In this document: one piece after another, positions 46,401 through 55,550 of the stretch | How positions within the stretch are numbered: position 1 is the first letter of the stretch | Layout: the number at the start of each line of letters is the position of its first letter | Assembly: GCA_963787835.1 (NCBI GenBank) | Contig: CAWBEI010000002.1 | Span: 149,859-213,858, forward strand | Source of the DNA: Ignavibacteriota bacterium | Lineage (GTDB): Bacteria; Bacteroidota; Ignavibacteria; Palsa-1295 | DNA: 64,000 nt | Direction: 5' to 3' | Notes under the pieces: generated by a model | Database searches by the model: none | What the model saw: the letters and a program-made list of their open reading frames with translations, nothing else | Told to the model about the DNA's origin: nothing | Made by a program: the position numbers and the translations under genes

Positions 46401-46958
46401 ATAGTGGCTGGTTTCAGAACCATCCCACTTCGTAATGAGTATCAAACCGTTCTGTACATAAACACTTGTAATAGCATGATCGAGATGGAACGGATCGAAC
46501 CATGTACTTCCGCCATCAGTCGTCTTCCAGAGCGAGGAACCACCGAAGGTAAGTTGAGTGGAATAATCGACCGAAGGCAGAATGGACGCAAAACCTATTA
46601 GCGAATCCTGCATCCAGATCGAAGTAACAGCTCCATTGATCTGTGCCGGCACCGTTGAGATAGTCCAAGTTATTCCTCCGTCAGTCGTTCGATAAATAGC
46701 GCATGCGTCATTCGGATACACTTCTGCCCAGCGAATGCCCGAGCCGATAAGACCATGATCTTCATCGGTGAAAAACCCACAGCCGATCGAAGTTGGAAAG
46801 GTTTGGAGAAGCTTCCAGGTATTTCGTTGAGCTTTTAGTGGAAGAGTCGATGCCGTGATGATGAGCAATAAAAGAATCGGGAACACTCTCACGCGCAAAC
46901 GCTGTAACGACCGATTCGGCCATCGAGGAACGAGAAAGAAAGAGACTACTTCGCTCAT
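43470..46958 (-). CDS. large secreted BNR/sortilin-type repeat protein (1162 aa)
   Basis: Multiple S-x-D-G-G-x-T-W repeats are present. It has a signal peptide and long Ig-like repeat regions. Confidence 0.6.
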   Translation of the reverse strand: MSEVVSFFLVPRWPNRSLQRLRVRVFPILLLLIITASTLPLKAQRNTWKLLQTFPTSIGCGFFTDEDHGLIGSGIRWAEVYPNDACAIYRTTDGGITWTISTVPAQINGAVTSIWMQDSLIGFASILPSVDYSTQLTFGGSSLWKTTDGGSTWFDPFHLDHAITSVYVQNGLILITKWDGSETSHYFPPDPLGGDYSYDGGVTWTPNFRRCNGIAFSDSLNGVITEMNPNAPGNNFWVTLDAGRTWQSSLTNQYESWSVYVMPGQRIYLCANESQDFIPHQSINWSTDGGFTWSQRASFPAMHFTGTIEGQGKTLYFQTDTGTLYSYLDADSYQHGMYRSDDTGATWHFVNGPSTSRDTRFVVAGCMGQIVYAFDAFGDVYKTDDGGDGTLTGKVALASDTINWLPNPCGDTLAFSISGVNCIPVTIDSIVLPSGSEFLRLPNDGTLPQTLSAGDSTRVILLYSPTKSGRIVTKATIFAHSGEDVVAKTVTIITQNNEPSTLSLSKDTSRMNAGACTAAYDTVLIANLACPGMVLDSVTFTNGGVRLLNILPTLLVDTTQYPLHFLFQPNSAGADTLTAIVYAHDGRRAYDTIISIFVRSAPEPERFVLDSTSVSLGTKYCQPVVSNIGLHAPGCDSIIFDSLVSANGSFVLMHAPSGLAPSIGDSLSIQYAPDSAGTSNDSIRIFAHGKWGLCDTTILVSASNITLPQSATLSQDAITLATGSCLSLSDTLLVSNQGCGMLFLDSVTIGDGSEITVGYDPTQSPIQSGNILPIHIAYNPLDGKTKALTMRLAMHTAQRVIDTTISVTVSNTIASEPLALSSDSLWLFTKYCQTVRVPFIIGNLGCNVMTIDSLIVTGDSLNEFYLPKPPDSLQPGEIDSTFVTFTPDSTGSRTITAKLYVHENGLAIDTLITIAAKNLTAPAPFIPALPSLAAGNVLDIPIMLTPTTDTFSIHSYTFHLSFNTDLLTPSDLEFANTCSARMLTYSFTPEPGIGCSGTVNLIDTVSENSPLTLPLVYIKTNVALTIDTTTEVQLNTFSTDREPTLGLCSIPEQPFTIAMECGDPYLLDLLREQPISFTFIGVAPNPASSGVWDIDYITRAEVTTLTLDMYDATGARISRITELETSLGEHHASIPIPNASGDYFLVLGNDREKTARKGGVAR

Positions 46959-46997
46959 GGAAGCGTTACGATATTAGATCAACGACCGCCCTCAACG

Positions 46998-48317
46998 ATG
47001 ATTTCATCGGCGAAATCGTCGTTATCAAAGAAACTCCGGAACGTGAAAAAAGTCACTACCATTATCTTCATAGCTTTGGTGCTCGCCTCAATGGCGACGG
47101 CGGGCGCTACACGGCGACATCCGCGAAAAAAAAGCGCGGGACGAAAACCGGCATCCTCCGCCCTGCAACAGAAGCGCATGACCGATCATGCGAGGGCCTC
47201 CACGGAAAAAGCCCTTGCTAAATTGCAACAGGAGATAGCAAAATATGAATCCGAGCTAAAGGAGCACGAAAAAAAGGAAAAACACTCGAAAGAAACCATC
47301 CACGCGTTCGAGAAACGCGAAGCAAGCCTGAAAGCTGCTATTGCCCGCCTCGAAAAAGAGGCTTCCGTGCTGGAGGGGCAGAAAACAGAGATCGATGCCT
47401 CCATTACGCAAACTACCAATCTGCTGGAGTCACGAAAAGAAGCCTACGCCAACAGCAGCCGGCAGCTTTATATTCAGGGAGCACTTACTCCCATTGACCC
47501 CATCTTTGCATCTGCGTCGGATGCCGACCCGATCCGTATGTCCTATTATGCTCAAGTAATATCGCAGGCCCATGCGATGGATAAATCCCGGCTGGATTCG
47601 CTGAAATTGTCGCTCGGTGCCTCCAGCGAAACCCTTGCCACGACCATTGCATCCGAGGAGCAGCAGATCGGAGCACAGCAAACCCAGGCCACCACGCTCG
47701 AACAAAAGAAGGCAGCGGAAGCAACAGCCCTCGCTCAAATACAGGCGAAAAAAGCGCGGCTCCGAAAACTTTTGGATGAACGCCGCGCCAGCGAAAAACG
47801 CCTCGAAAATATTATCGCCGATCTTGTGACCAAAGAAAAAACAACGCGCCGGACAGCTAAAGGACGACACCGCTCCACGACCCATGAGGAGGAATCCGAA
47901 AGCGATCTGGGGCTTGGGCCGGCGCACGGCCCGCACTCCCTTGATTGGCCAAGCGCATCGCACCGGATCGCGCAGGGATATGGCGCTCATCGCAATCCCG
48001 ATCTGGGAACTGTCACGATGAATCTGGGGATCGATATTGCCGCCCCGGCAGGGTCAAGCGTGAAGGCTGCCGCTGAAGGCGAAGTGGCGCTTGTTTCGTC
48101 GCTGCCGAGTTATGGAACGGTGATCGTGATCCGGCATTCCGGTGGGATACATACGGTCTATGCCGATCTCTCCGGAGCATCCGTACAATCCGGAACACAT
48201 ATTCGCGCCGGGCAAACGATCGGCAAAAGTGGATCGAGCGAAATGAGCGGAGCGGTCATTCACTTCGAAGTGTGGAAGGGGAAATCCAAACAAAACCCTC
48301 TTGGATGGCTGAAGTAA
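46998..48317 (+). CDS. M23-family peptidase with N-terminal coiled coil (EnvC-like murein hydrolase activator)
   Basis: It has a coiled-coil region and a C-terminal M23 domain (…GIDIAAPAGSSVKAAAEGEV…HFEVWKG…). Confidence 0.8.
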   Translation: MISSAKSSLSKKLRNVKKVTTIIFIALVLASMATAGATRRHPRKKSAGRKPASSALQQKRMTDHARASTEKALAKLQQEIAKYESELKEHEKKEKHSKETIHAFEKREASLKAAIARLEKEASVLEGQKTEIDASITQTTNLLESRKEAYANSSRQLYIQGALTPIDPIFASASDADPIRMSYYAQVISQAHAMDKSRLDSLKLSLGASSETLATTIASEEQQIGAQQTQATTLEQKKAAEATALAQIQAKKARLRKLLDERRASEKRLENIIADLVTKEKTTRRTAKGRHRSTTHEEESESDLGLGPAHGPHSLDWPSASHRIAQGYGAHRNPDLGTVTMNLGIDIAAPAGSSVKAAAEGEVALVSSLPSYGTVIVIRHSGGIHTVYADLSGASVQSGTHIRAGQTIGKSGSSEMSGAVIHFEVWKGKSKQNPLGWLK

Positions 48318-48352
48318 TTTTCTGAACCGTGATTTATGGGATTTTTGAAATT

Positions 48353-48445
48353 GTCATTCCCGCGAAAGCGGGAATCCAGTGGTGCAATTAGCACTGACTG
48401 GCGGTTTTGCAGACGAGCCTGGATTCCCGCTTTCGCGGGAATGAC
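48353..48445. repeat. REP-like palindromic element family 3 (GTCATTCCCGCGAAAGCGGGAATCC…GGATTCCCGCTTTCGCGGGAATGAC)
   Basis: It is a near-perfect ~93-bp palindrome. Its 3' end supplies the ATG of the vWA gene. Confidence 0.85.
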
Positions 48446-49316
48446 AATAGGATGTTTATACTCATCATTTTCGATCCAATTACAAGCCCAACCTATCGCC
48501 ATCGAACTGAACAATCCGAAAGCGGCACAACTGCAAACCGATAGCGTAAATTGGAATGAAGGATGGATAGAAATTTCGGGTATCTCGCCTGGAGAAAAGC
48601 CAGATATAGACGACCTTCACGTTACCAGCGGCAACCGACCCGCCGATGTGCTAACTATTGACTCGATCGGCTCAAGTTTTCGAAGCCGACTTGCCCTCAG
48701 TTTTGTGCTCGATAATTCCGGCTCCATGTTCCATGCCTTCGATTCGCTTACCAAAGATTGTGATAGCATCGTGAAACTGCTTCCAACCGGTGCGATAGGG
48801 CAAGCTTTAACTTTTGATACACGGTATCGTGATCCGTCGCATCGGTACACCAACCGTTCCTCCACGTTTATTGCCGAGAACGATTTTACCGACAGCTTAC
48901 CAAAGCTTAGCTATTTCTGGCATTTCTTCGATACAATTCGAACTCAACACACCCCGCTTTATGATGCGATCGCCGCAGGAGTGACAAATATCACCGAGCG
49001 CAGGGAGCGAGGCGACACCGCTCATAACGATGTGCTCATCATTGTGACCGACGGCGAAGACAACGCAAGCAGAACTTCCATTGAATCGCTGGAAAAGCTT
49101 GTAGCAAGCGCCCATCTTCGGCTGTTTGCAATAAATTTCAGGACCGACGAGGATAACCGCCTTGAATGGCTTGCACGCAAAACGGGCGGAGAATTTTTTA
49201 CTGCCAATAATATTACTGAATTGCGAACATTGCTCCGGTCTATCGGACTTTCAATAACGCAGCAATACCACATTCGATACCGATTTCCCACGCTTGGGCC
49301 AAGCAGTGGGCATTGA
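48441..49316 (+). CDS. von Willebrand factor A (vWA) domain protein, secreted
   Basis: The real start is MTIGCLYSSF… at 48441. The MIDAS-like LSFVLDNSGSM motif is present. The ORF-track extension to 48336 translates the REP element. Confidence 0.6.
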   Translation: MTIGCLYSSFSIQLQAQPIAIELNNPKAAQLQTDSVNWNEGWIEISGISPGEKPDIDDLHVTSGNRPADVLTIDSIGSSFRSRLALSFVLDNSGSMFHAFDSLTKDCDSIVKLLPTGAIGQALTFDTRYRDPSHRYTNRSSTFIAENDFTDSLPKLSYFWHFFDTIRTQHTPLYDAIAAGVTNITERRERGDTAHNDVLIIVTDGEDNASRTSIESLEKLVASAHLRLFAINFRTDEDNRLEWLARKTGGEFFTANNITELRTLLRSIGLSITQQYHIRYRFPTLGPSSGH

Positions 49317-49391
49317 TAAGTTACGAATAAATCGAATGAAATTCATTCCACGCTGGTTTTCTATTTTCTACTTCAACCAACCAATATTTCA

Positions 49392-50960
49392 TTGACCACC
49401 ACGCACACACCACCAACGGAGCATCCGAACGAGATCAAGGAAGCCCTTCATCGCATCGAAGAATCGGAACGCCCGGAAGCACTGACCGACCAGGAGCGCG
49501 AGCGACGAAGCTCGCTTACAGCATTGCGCCGGCTTGGCGTCGAGCCGTATGCCTATGCGTTCGACCGCACGAGATATTCGGATGAAGCAATGTCCCTGTT
49601 CGACGAAGCAAATCCGGATGCGCATCCCTCCGCGAGTATCGCCGGACGTATCATGGGGATTCGGCACATGGGAAAAGCATCGTTTGCACATTTGCAGGAT
49701 GAAGCAGGAAAAATTCAGATCTATTTCAAATCGAATGAACTAGCAGAACGGTACGATCTGCTAAAATTGCTCGATATTGGTGACATCATTGGCGCGCATG
49801 GATTTATTTTCCGCACTCGAACAGGCGAGGTTACTCTGCACGTCACATCCTTCGAAGTGCTGGCAAAAGCCATCCGCCCGCTGCCGGTCGTGAAAGAAGA
49901 GACCGATCCCGTCACCGGAGAAAAAATAGTTCACGATGCGTTCTCGGATAAAGAACTGCGCTATAGAAGGCGATATGTCGATCTCACGGTCAATGCAGAA
50001 ATACGAAAAACATTTCGAACGCGCGCGAAAATAATCACCTCTATTCGCAGCTTTTTCGATGAGCGCGGGTATCTCGAAGTTGAGACGCCAGTGTTGCAAC
50101 CCATTTATGGCGGTGCGTATGCGCGACCATTCGTTACGCATCACAACGCACTCGATTTCGATCTTTTCCTCCGCATTGCAGATGAGCTGTATCTGAAACG
50201 CCTTATCGTTGGCGGCCTTGCTGAAGGCGTGTACGAGATCGCAAAAGATTTCCGCAACGAGGGCATGGATAAAAACCACAGCCCGGAATTCACGATGGCG
50301 GAAATATACATTGCCTATAGAGACTATGAGTGGATGATGTCGTTCGTGGAAGAACTATTTGCAGAAGTTGCACGAGCTGTTGGTGATTCTAAAGCTAATT
50401 TTACTCCTCCATTTCGTAGGCTCTCGATGTATGATTCCATCAAGGAATATGCAGGAATTGATGTAAGCGAAATGAATGAAGACGAGCTTCGCATTACTGC
50501 AAGCAAATTCGGCGTCGAACTGGAACCTGGTTCCGGCGCAGGAAAGATCATCGACGAGATCTTTTCCGAAAAGGTGGAGCATCATCTCATTCAGCCGACG
50601 TTCATTACGGATTATCCGCTTTCGATGTCGCCATTAGCAAAAATGCACAAGACGAAACCGGGACTTGTCGAGCGGTTCGAATTGTATGTGAACGGTCAGG
50701 AACTTGCCAATGCGTTCAGCGAGCTAAATGACCCGCTCGATCAGCGCGCGCGATTCGAAGAGCAAGCGCGACTGCGAACGAAAGGCGATGAGGAAGCGAT
50801 GGTCCTCGATGAGGATTTCCTCCGCGCAATGGAATACGGAATGCCGCCGATGGCCGGCCTCGGCTTCGGCATTGACCGTCTGGTGATGATAATGACGGGC
50901 GAGGAATCCATTCGAGATGTCGTGCTATTCCCTGCGATGCGTCCGGAGCGGATGCGGTAA
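49392..50960 (+). CDS. lysS: lysine--tRNA ligase (class II)
   Basis: It has an OB-fold N-domain and class II motifs (…[16 protein letters not shown]…[11 protein letters not shown]…). Confidence 0.95.
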   Translation: MTTTHTPPTEHPNEIKEALHRIEESERPEALTDQERERRSSLTALRRLGVEPYAYAFDRTRYSDEAMSLFDEANPDAHPSASIAGRIMGIRHMGKASFAHLQDEAGKIQIYFKSNELAERYDLLKLLDIGDIIGAHGFIFRTRTGEVTLHVTSFEVLAKAIRPLPVVKEETDPVTGEKIVHDAFSDKELRYRRRYVDLTVNAEIRKTFRTRAKIITSIRSFFDERGYLEVETPVLQPIYGGAYARPFVTHHNALDFDLFLRIADELYLKRLIVGGLAEGVYEIAKDFRNEGMDKNHSPEFTMAEIYIAYRDYEWMMSFVEELFAEVARAVGDSKANFTPPFRRLSMYDSIKEYAGIDVSEMNEDELRITASKFGVELEPGSGAGKIIDEIFSEKVEHHLIQPTFITDYPLSMSPLAKMHKTKPGLVERFELYVNGQELANAFSELNDPLDQRARFEEQARLRTKGDEEAMVLDEDFLRAMEYGMPPMAGLGFGIDRLVMIMTGEESIRDVVLFPAMRPERMR

Positions 50961-50987
50961 ATTAGAATCTGCAAATCACAGTTAAAA

Positions 50988-51029
50988 CGTCACTGCTTCG
51001 TCACCCCTCCGGGGTTTCCTCGCAATGAC
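50988..51029. repeat. REP-like element family 2, degenerate copy
   Basis: It has the form CGTCACTGCTTCGTCACCCCTCCGGGGTTTCCTCGCAATGACG. It lies after lysS. Confidence 0.6.
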
Positions 51030-51139
51030 GTTATAGAAATGGCTCAACTATAGGTTCTAAAAATTATCCGATACTTTCTGGATAATTTTTCGTTTACACT
51101 CGGGAGTCCATTTTTTACAATCCTTTTTGGTCAACATCC

Positions 51140-52321
51140 ATGGCAAATCTTAACGAGCGAGAAAAAAACTCTTTCTTTCCAACTTACGAACGGCTCCCGA
51201 TCGGTGCGGTGACGCACGCGGAGGGAGTGCATATCACGACCGATGCTGGTAAAACATACCTCGATGCCATAGCCGGACTTGGCGTGAATGCGCTCGGGCA
51301 CTCGCATCCAGCGATCGTTGAAGCGATTCGCGAGCAGGCAGGGAAGTATCTTCATCTCTCAAATTTGTATTTGCAGGAACCGCAGGTTCAGCTTGCTGAG
51401 AAGTTGGAGCGTCTCTCTGGAATGGAGCGCACGTTCTTCACGAATTCCGGCACAGAAGCTGTCGAAGGCGCGATCAAACTTGCTCGAAAAGTCTTTTCCA
51501 GTGAATACAAAGCGGAAGTGCTTGGTATTGCTAACGGATTCCACGGGCGCACCTACGGTCCGCTTTCCGTGATGGACAAGGCAAAATACCGCGAGAACTT
51601 CGGGCCGTTTCTTTCGGATGCTTCCTGCATTCCGAGCTATGATGTGGATGCGTTGGAATCGGCAGTTTCCGCTCGGACGGCGGCTGTTATCATCGAGCCG
51701 ATTCAGGGTGAAGGCGGAATTATTGAAGTTCCGGTGGATTTTGCTCGAGCGCTTGCCGAGCTTGCCAAGAAGCATAATTTTCTCATTATTGCAGATGAAA
51801 TTCAATCTGGAATTGGCAGGACTGGAAAATTCTTCGGCTACGAACATCTCGGAATGAAACCGGATATTGTGGTTTGCGCGAAAGCCATCGGCGGCGGGCT
51901 GCCGCTGGGTGCAATCCTCTCCCGAAAAGAAATTGCCGAAGTCTTCAAAGCAGGAACTCATGGTACGACTTTTGGCGGAAATGTTCTTTCATGCGTAGCA
52001 GGAAACGTCGTGCTCGATCTTGTTGAAAAAAGCTACATGAGCAATGCCGCAACTGAGGGCACCTACATCAAAACGAATTTCGTAGGGTTACAGGAGAAAC
52101 ATCCCAACTCCATCCGAGAAGTGCGTGGGCACGGACTGATGCTCGGCATCGAATTCACCTCGAATGCCAAGCAAGTGCAGAAGCAGTTATTCGATAATAA
52201 TATTATCACGAATGTGACCGCCGGTGAAGTCCTGCGCCTGCTGCCGCCGCTTATTTTCGAGCGGAAGCATTCCGATGAATTGATCGATGGAATAAAAGAG
52301 GCGGTCGAGACGATGGATTAA
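51140..52321 (+). CDS. argD: class-III aminotransferase (acetylornithine aminotransferase-like)
   Basis: The PLP-lysine context (…VVCAKAIGGGLP…) and the pattern …GFHGRTYGPLS… are present. Confidence 0.8.
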   Translation: MANLNEREKNSFFPTYERLPIGAVTHAEGVHITTDAGKTYLDAIAGLGVNALGHSHPAIVEAIREQAGKYLHLSNLYLQEPQVQLAEKLERLSGMERTFFTNSGTEAVEGAIKLARKVFSSEYKAEVLGIANGFHGRTYGPLSVMDKAKYRENFGPFLSDASCIPSYDVDALESAVSARTAAVIIEPIQGEGGIIEVPVDFARALAELAKKHNFLIIADEIQSGIGRTGKFFGYEHLGMKPDIVVCAKAIGGGLPLGAILSRKEIAEVFKAGTHGTTFGGNVLSCVAGNVVLDLVEKSYMSNAATEGTYIKTNFVGLQEKHPNSIREVRGHGLMLGIEFTSNAKQVQKQLFDNNIITNVTAGEVLRLLPPLIFERKHSDELIDGIKEAVETMD

Positions 52322-52376
52322 GGGGACAGAACCGGGATTACGCGGATTGAAGGGGATTACGCGGACGATTTTAGGG
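52322..52376. repeat. left arm of ~55-bp inverted repeat flanking the GNAT gene
   Basis: The sequence is GGGGACAGAACCGGGATTACGCGGATTGAAGGGGATTACGCGGACGATTTTAGG. Its reverse complement recurs at 52839-52894. Confidence 0.85.
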
Positions 52377-52391
52377 GATGAGGAATAATTC

Positions 52392-52826
52392 TTATAAGTC
52401 TTTTACGAAGCGTTTCGTTTTCTCTTCGTAACCACAGCTCAAATAGAATTGGTGCGTTTCGTGGCGTTGTATGCCGCTGGCAACCGCAATTCGCACGCAT
52501 CCACTTTGTATTGCAAATGCTTCGACATGATCAATAAGTTTGCTTCCGATCCCTTGAGCACGCATAGTTTCCAGCACGCACATTGCGGTGATCGTTCCTA
52601 TTCTTCCTTCCAGATGAAATGCTGGTTCCGAATCGAAACTTAGGAATCCAACAACTGCACCCTCCCGCTCTGCCGCAAAAACTTTCGCGCTCGCTCTCAC
52701 CGACAATTCCTCCAACTTGCGAACAACGAATGAAGCATCCTGTGGATAGCCAAGTTGTGAAAGAAGAATAGCTAGCGCGTCGGCATCCTCATTCCCTGCT
52801 TCCCGGATTACAATGTCATGTGACAT
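52392..52826 (-). CDS. GNAT-family N-acetyltransferase
   Basis: An acetyl-CoA-binding motif is present (…RAQGIGSKLIDHVEAFA…). Confidence 0.8.
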   Translation of the reverse strand: MSHDIVIREAGNEDADALAILLSQLGYPQDASFVVRKLEELSVRASAKVFAAEREGAVVGFLSFDSEPAFHLEGRIGTITAMCVLETMRAQGIGSKLIDHVEAFAIQSGCVRIAVASGIQRHETHQFYLSCGYEEKTKRFVKDL

Positions 52827-52838
52827 AAAAAATCAAAT

Positions 52839-52894
52839 CCTAAAAATCGTCCGCGTAATCCTTCCAAATCCGCGTAATCCCGGTTCTGTCCCCT
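52839..52894. repeat. right arm of ~55-bp inverted repeat flanking the GNAT gene
   Basis: It is the reverse complement of the left arm, with 3 small indels. It overlaps the yebC stop codon by 2 nt. Confidence 0.85.
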
Positions 52895-53618
52895 ACTTTA
52901 GATTATGATACACCGCCTGCACATCATCATCTTCTTCGAGCTTTTCGATGAGTTCCAGGACGGGTTCTTCGTCGGTTTCGGATAATTCTTTGAAGACGGT
53001 GGGCAGGCGTTGGACTTCCGCGCTTGTCACTGCGATCTTCCGTTCTTCGAGCGCTTTTGACATTCCTACAAAATCCGGGAAGGATGTCAGGATGGTCACT
53101 TCGGATGGTCGTTCATCCGTCCCTTCTTCGACTGTGATTTCCTCCGCGCCGAAATCGATCAGTTCCAATTCTAAATTATCAAGATCGATTCCTTCCGCCG
53201 GAAATTTGAACACGCCTTTACGCTCGAAAAGAAAATCAAGCGAGCCGGTGGTGGCAAGCTGACCGCCCGAGCGAACGAAGGCGCTGCGCACATTCGCGAC
53301 GGTGCGCGTGGGGTTATCCGTCGCGCATTCCACGACGATCGGCACGCCCGATGGGCCGTAGCCTTCATACACCACTTCCTGAAATGCTTCCTGATCTTTG
53401 GAGGACGCGCGCTTGATCGCACCTTCGACGCGATCTTTGGGCATGTTCACGCCTTTGGCGTTGGTGATGGCCATGCGAAGGCGCGAATTGCTATCGGGAT
53501 CAGGGCCGCCCAATCGGACGGCAATAGCGATCTCTCGGCCAATTTTGGTAAACGCTTTGGACATTTTGTCCCAGCGCTTAAATTTACGTGCTTTACGGAA
53601 TTCGAATGCGCGACCCAT
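52893..53618 (-). CDS. yebC: YebC/PmpR-family DNA-binding regulator
   Basis: 241 aa with a full-length YebC pattern (MGRAFEFRKARKFKRW…). Confidence 0.9.
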   Translation of the reverse strand: MGRAFEFRKARKFKRWDKMSKAFTKIGREIAIAVRLGGPDPDSNSRLRMAITNAKGVNMPKDRVEGAIKRASSKDQEAFQEVVYEGYGPSGVPIVVECATDNPTRTVANVRSAFVRSGGQLATTGSLDFLFERKGVFKFPAEGIDLDNLELELIDFGAEEITVEEGTDERPSEVTILTSFPDFVGMSKALEERKIAVTSAEVQRLPTVFKELSETDEEPVLELIEKLEEDDDVQAVYHNLK

Positions 53619-53665
53619 ATTTTAATTAAGAATTAACACTGAAGAATTGGAATTCACTTTGCTTG

Positions 53666-53810
53666 TCATCCTGAGCAGAGTTCATCCCTCCAGGCATCGC
53701 CCACGATGCCTGGAGGGATGGACGAAGTCGCAGGATCTCATGCAAAAGCCAAAGATCCTTCGACTACGCAAAACTCCGCTGTCGCTCCGTTTTGCTCCGC
53801 TCAGGATGAC
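53666..53810. repeat. REP-like palindromic element family 1, copy C (inverted relative to copies A and B)
   Basis: It has the form GTCATCCTGAGCAGAG…CGCTCCGTTTTGCTCCGCTCAGGATGAC. Confidence 0.8.
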
Positions 53811-53953
53811 ATTAGTTGAAACAGATAGTCGTTAGAAGCCCTAAACGGTTACGTAACATAATTTCGATTTGCTAATTCCTTGCGCCGCATGGGAAAGTCC
53901 GTATATTTGCATTTGACAATTGTGTTTTTCATCCATTTAATCAAACAATCACC

Positions 53954-54553
53954 ATGAATTTATCAAATGCGAAGAATGTAGTGCTCAGCCAACAGTCCGA
54001 ATGGACTCGTGTCATGTCCGACGAGAATGACAAATCCAGCCTCATGCGCTATGGCATGACACTGATCGTTATCACCTATGCGATCATGTTAGTCCTCTCA
54101 CTTGTATTCAACAGCGGGATGGGTGTGTTCGTCTCGTTTTCCATGACGTATGTCATCACCATGATCGTGATTCAATTCGTACTTGCGATCGCGTCCCTCT
54201 ATTTTATTCCGATGATCCTTGCGGCCATTGCACCATCGTTTGGAGGCAAGAACGATGCGCTCAACGCACTCAAGCTCTATGTTTTCGTTGAAACACCCGC
54301 GTGGATCGGGATGGCCGTTTCAAGGCTGCCTGTTATCGGCTGGCTGGTAGCTATTGCTGCCGCTATCTATGCGATCTATCTGTTCTGGCTCCATGTGTCC
54401 GAAGCAATGACTGTTCCGGAAGATAAGAAGATCGGTTATGTGATCGTCAGCGTGATCGTTCTCGCCGTTATTTATTTCGTGATCGGCGCGATAGGAGCGG
54501 GTATCGCAGCCATGGTATCGCCGGTTTCCGTCTTCCACGGGATCCACTACTGA
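53954..54553 (+). CDS. Yip1-domain membrane protein
   Basis: 199 aa with 5 TM helices and a Yip1-like topology. Confidence 0.5.
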   Translation: MNLSNAKNVVLSQQSEWTRVMSDENDKSSLMRYGMTLIVITYAIMLVLSLVFNSGMGVFVSFSMTYVITMIVIQFVLAIASLYFIPMILAAIAPSFGGKNDALNALKLYVFVETPAWIGMAVSRLPVIGWLVAIAAAIYAIYLFWLHVSEAMTVPEDKKIGYVIVSVIVLAVIYFVIGAIGAGIAAMVSPVSVFHGIHY

Positions 54554-54571
54554 CAAGAACGAGGGCCAGCG

Positions 54572-55478
54572 TTAGATCACATGCTCCGGGGCAAGCTCAC
54601 AGCCGGGTGCCCCGCGCTCGACTTGAAGCGTGGTGTGCTCGATGCCATAACGGTCATGCAATACGTGTGAGATCTCGAACAGGAGTTGATCATCCACGCT
54701 GCTTTCAGGAATAACAAGGTGCGCCGTGAGCACCACATGCGTGGTGCTCATCGCCCAAATATGCAGATCGTGAACCTCGCACACGCCCGGAACGCTCAGC
54801 AAATATTGCTCGATGGCAGCGGGATCGATCTGAGCGGGAACTGCATCGGCGGCGAGATTGAAGGAATCCCGCAAGACCGACCATGTCCCGAACGCGATCA
54901 CGATGGAAATGATAATGCTCATCGCCGGATCGACCCATACCGCACCCGCCGCCATAATAATAATTCCCGCGATCACAACCCCGGCAGAAACAGCGGCATC
55001 GCCCGCCATGTGAAGGAACGCGGCCTTTACATTGAGATCGCCTTTTTCTGCCGCGTGCAAAGAGCCACGCAGACGCTGCATTCAGCACAATGCCAATTCC
55101 CGCAACAATAGAAACCACCCCACCCTCCACAGGAACCGGATGGTTGAGCCGCTCGATCGATGCGAATAAAATGGCGCCGGTGGTAACGAGCAGGATCCCG
55201 GCATTCAGCAGTGCAGCAAGGATCGTCGTGCGTCGGTAGCCGTAGGTGCGTTTCTGCGTCGGTGGACGCGCAGCCAGGATATTAGCGCCAAGCGCAAAAA
55301 GCAGGCTTAGAACATCCGTCAGGTTATGCCCCGCATCGGCAATAAGCGCGATGGAATGGCTGAGAAATCCATAGATAACCTGAATGACCACGATCACAAC
55401 ATTCAACCCGATCGCGATCTTAAAACTCGCATTCGGGGACTCGCTGGCGGGTGCGTGATGATGGTGGTCATGCGGCAT
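54572..55478 (-). pseudogene. cation diffusion facilitator (CzcD-like) transporter interrupted by a single frameshift near 55060-55080
   Basis: The N-terminal ORF 54705..55478 has a His-rich start, TM helices and HxxxD. The C-terminal ORF 54572..55081 (…GDLNVKAAFLHMAGDAAVS…) lies in another frame. The two join around AASAW/LRGSLH. Confidence 0.55.
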
Positions 55479-55550
55479 AGCAATGAAACAGCAAGAAGTG
55501 AAGTTTTGTCATTGCAGGCTCCGAGTGCATAATTTGTGTGTTACAAAATA

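Noticed and set aside
48260-48514. ORFs translating REP palindromes (48260..48514-, 53647..53835+, 39751..39984-, the N-terminal 55 aa of 17711..19090, and the first 35 aa of 48336..49316)
   Set aside because: The sequences (…VIPAKAGIQ…RFRGNDN, …[10 protein letters not shown]…, …VIARSPGGTTKQ…) arise from palindromic repeats. The same 'peptide' appears in unrelated places and on both strands.
54572-55478. Two separate small CDF genes
   Set aside because: The two ORFs together reconstitute one canonical CDF protein across a single frame change. It is treated as one frameshifted gene.
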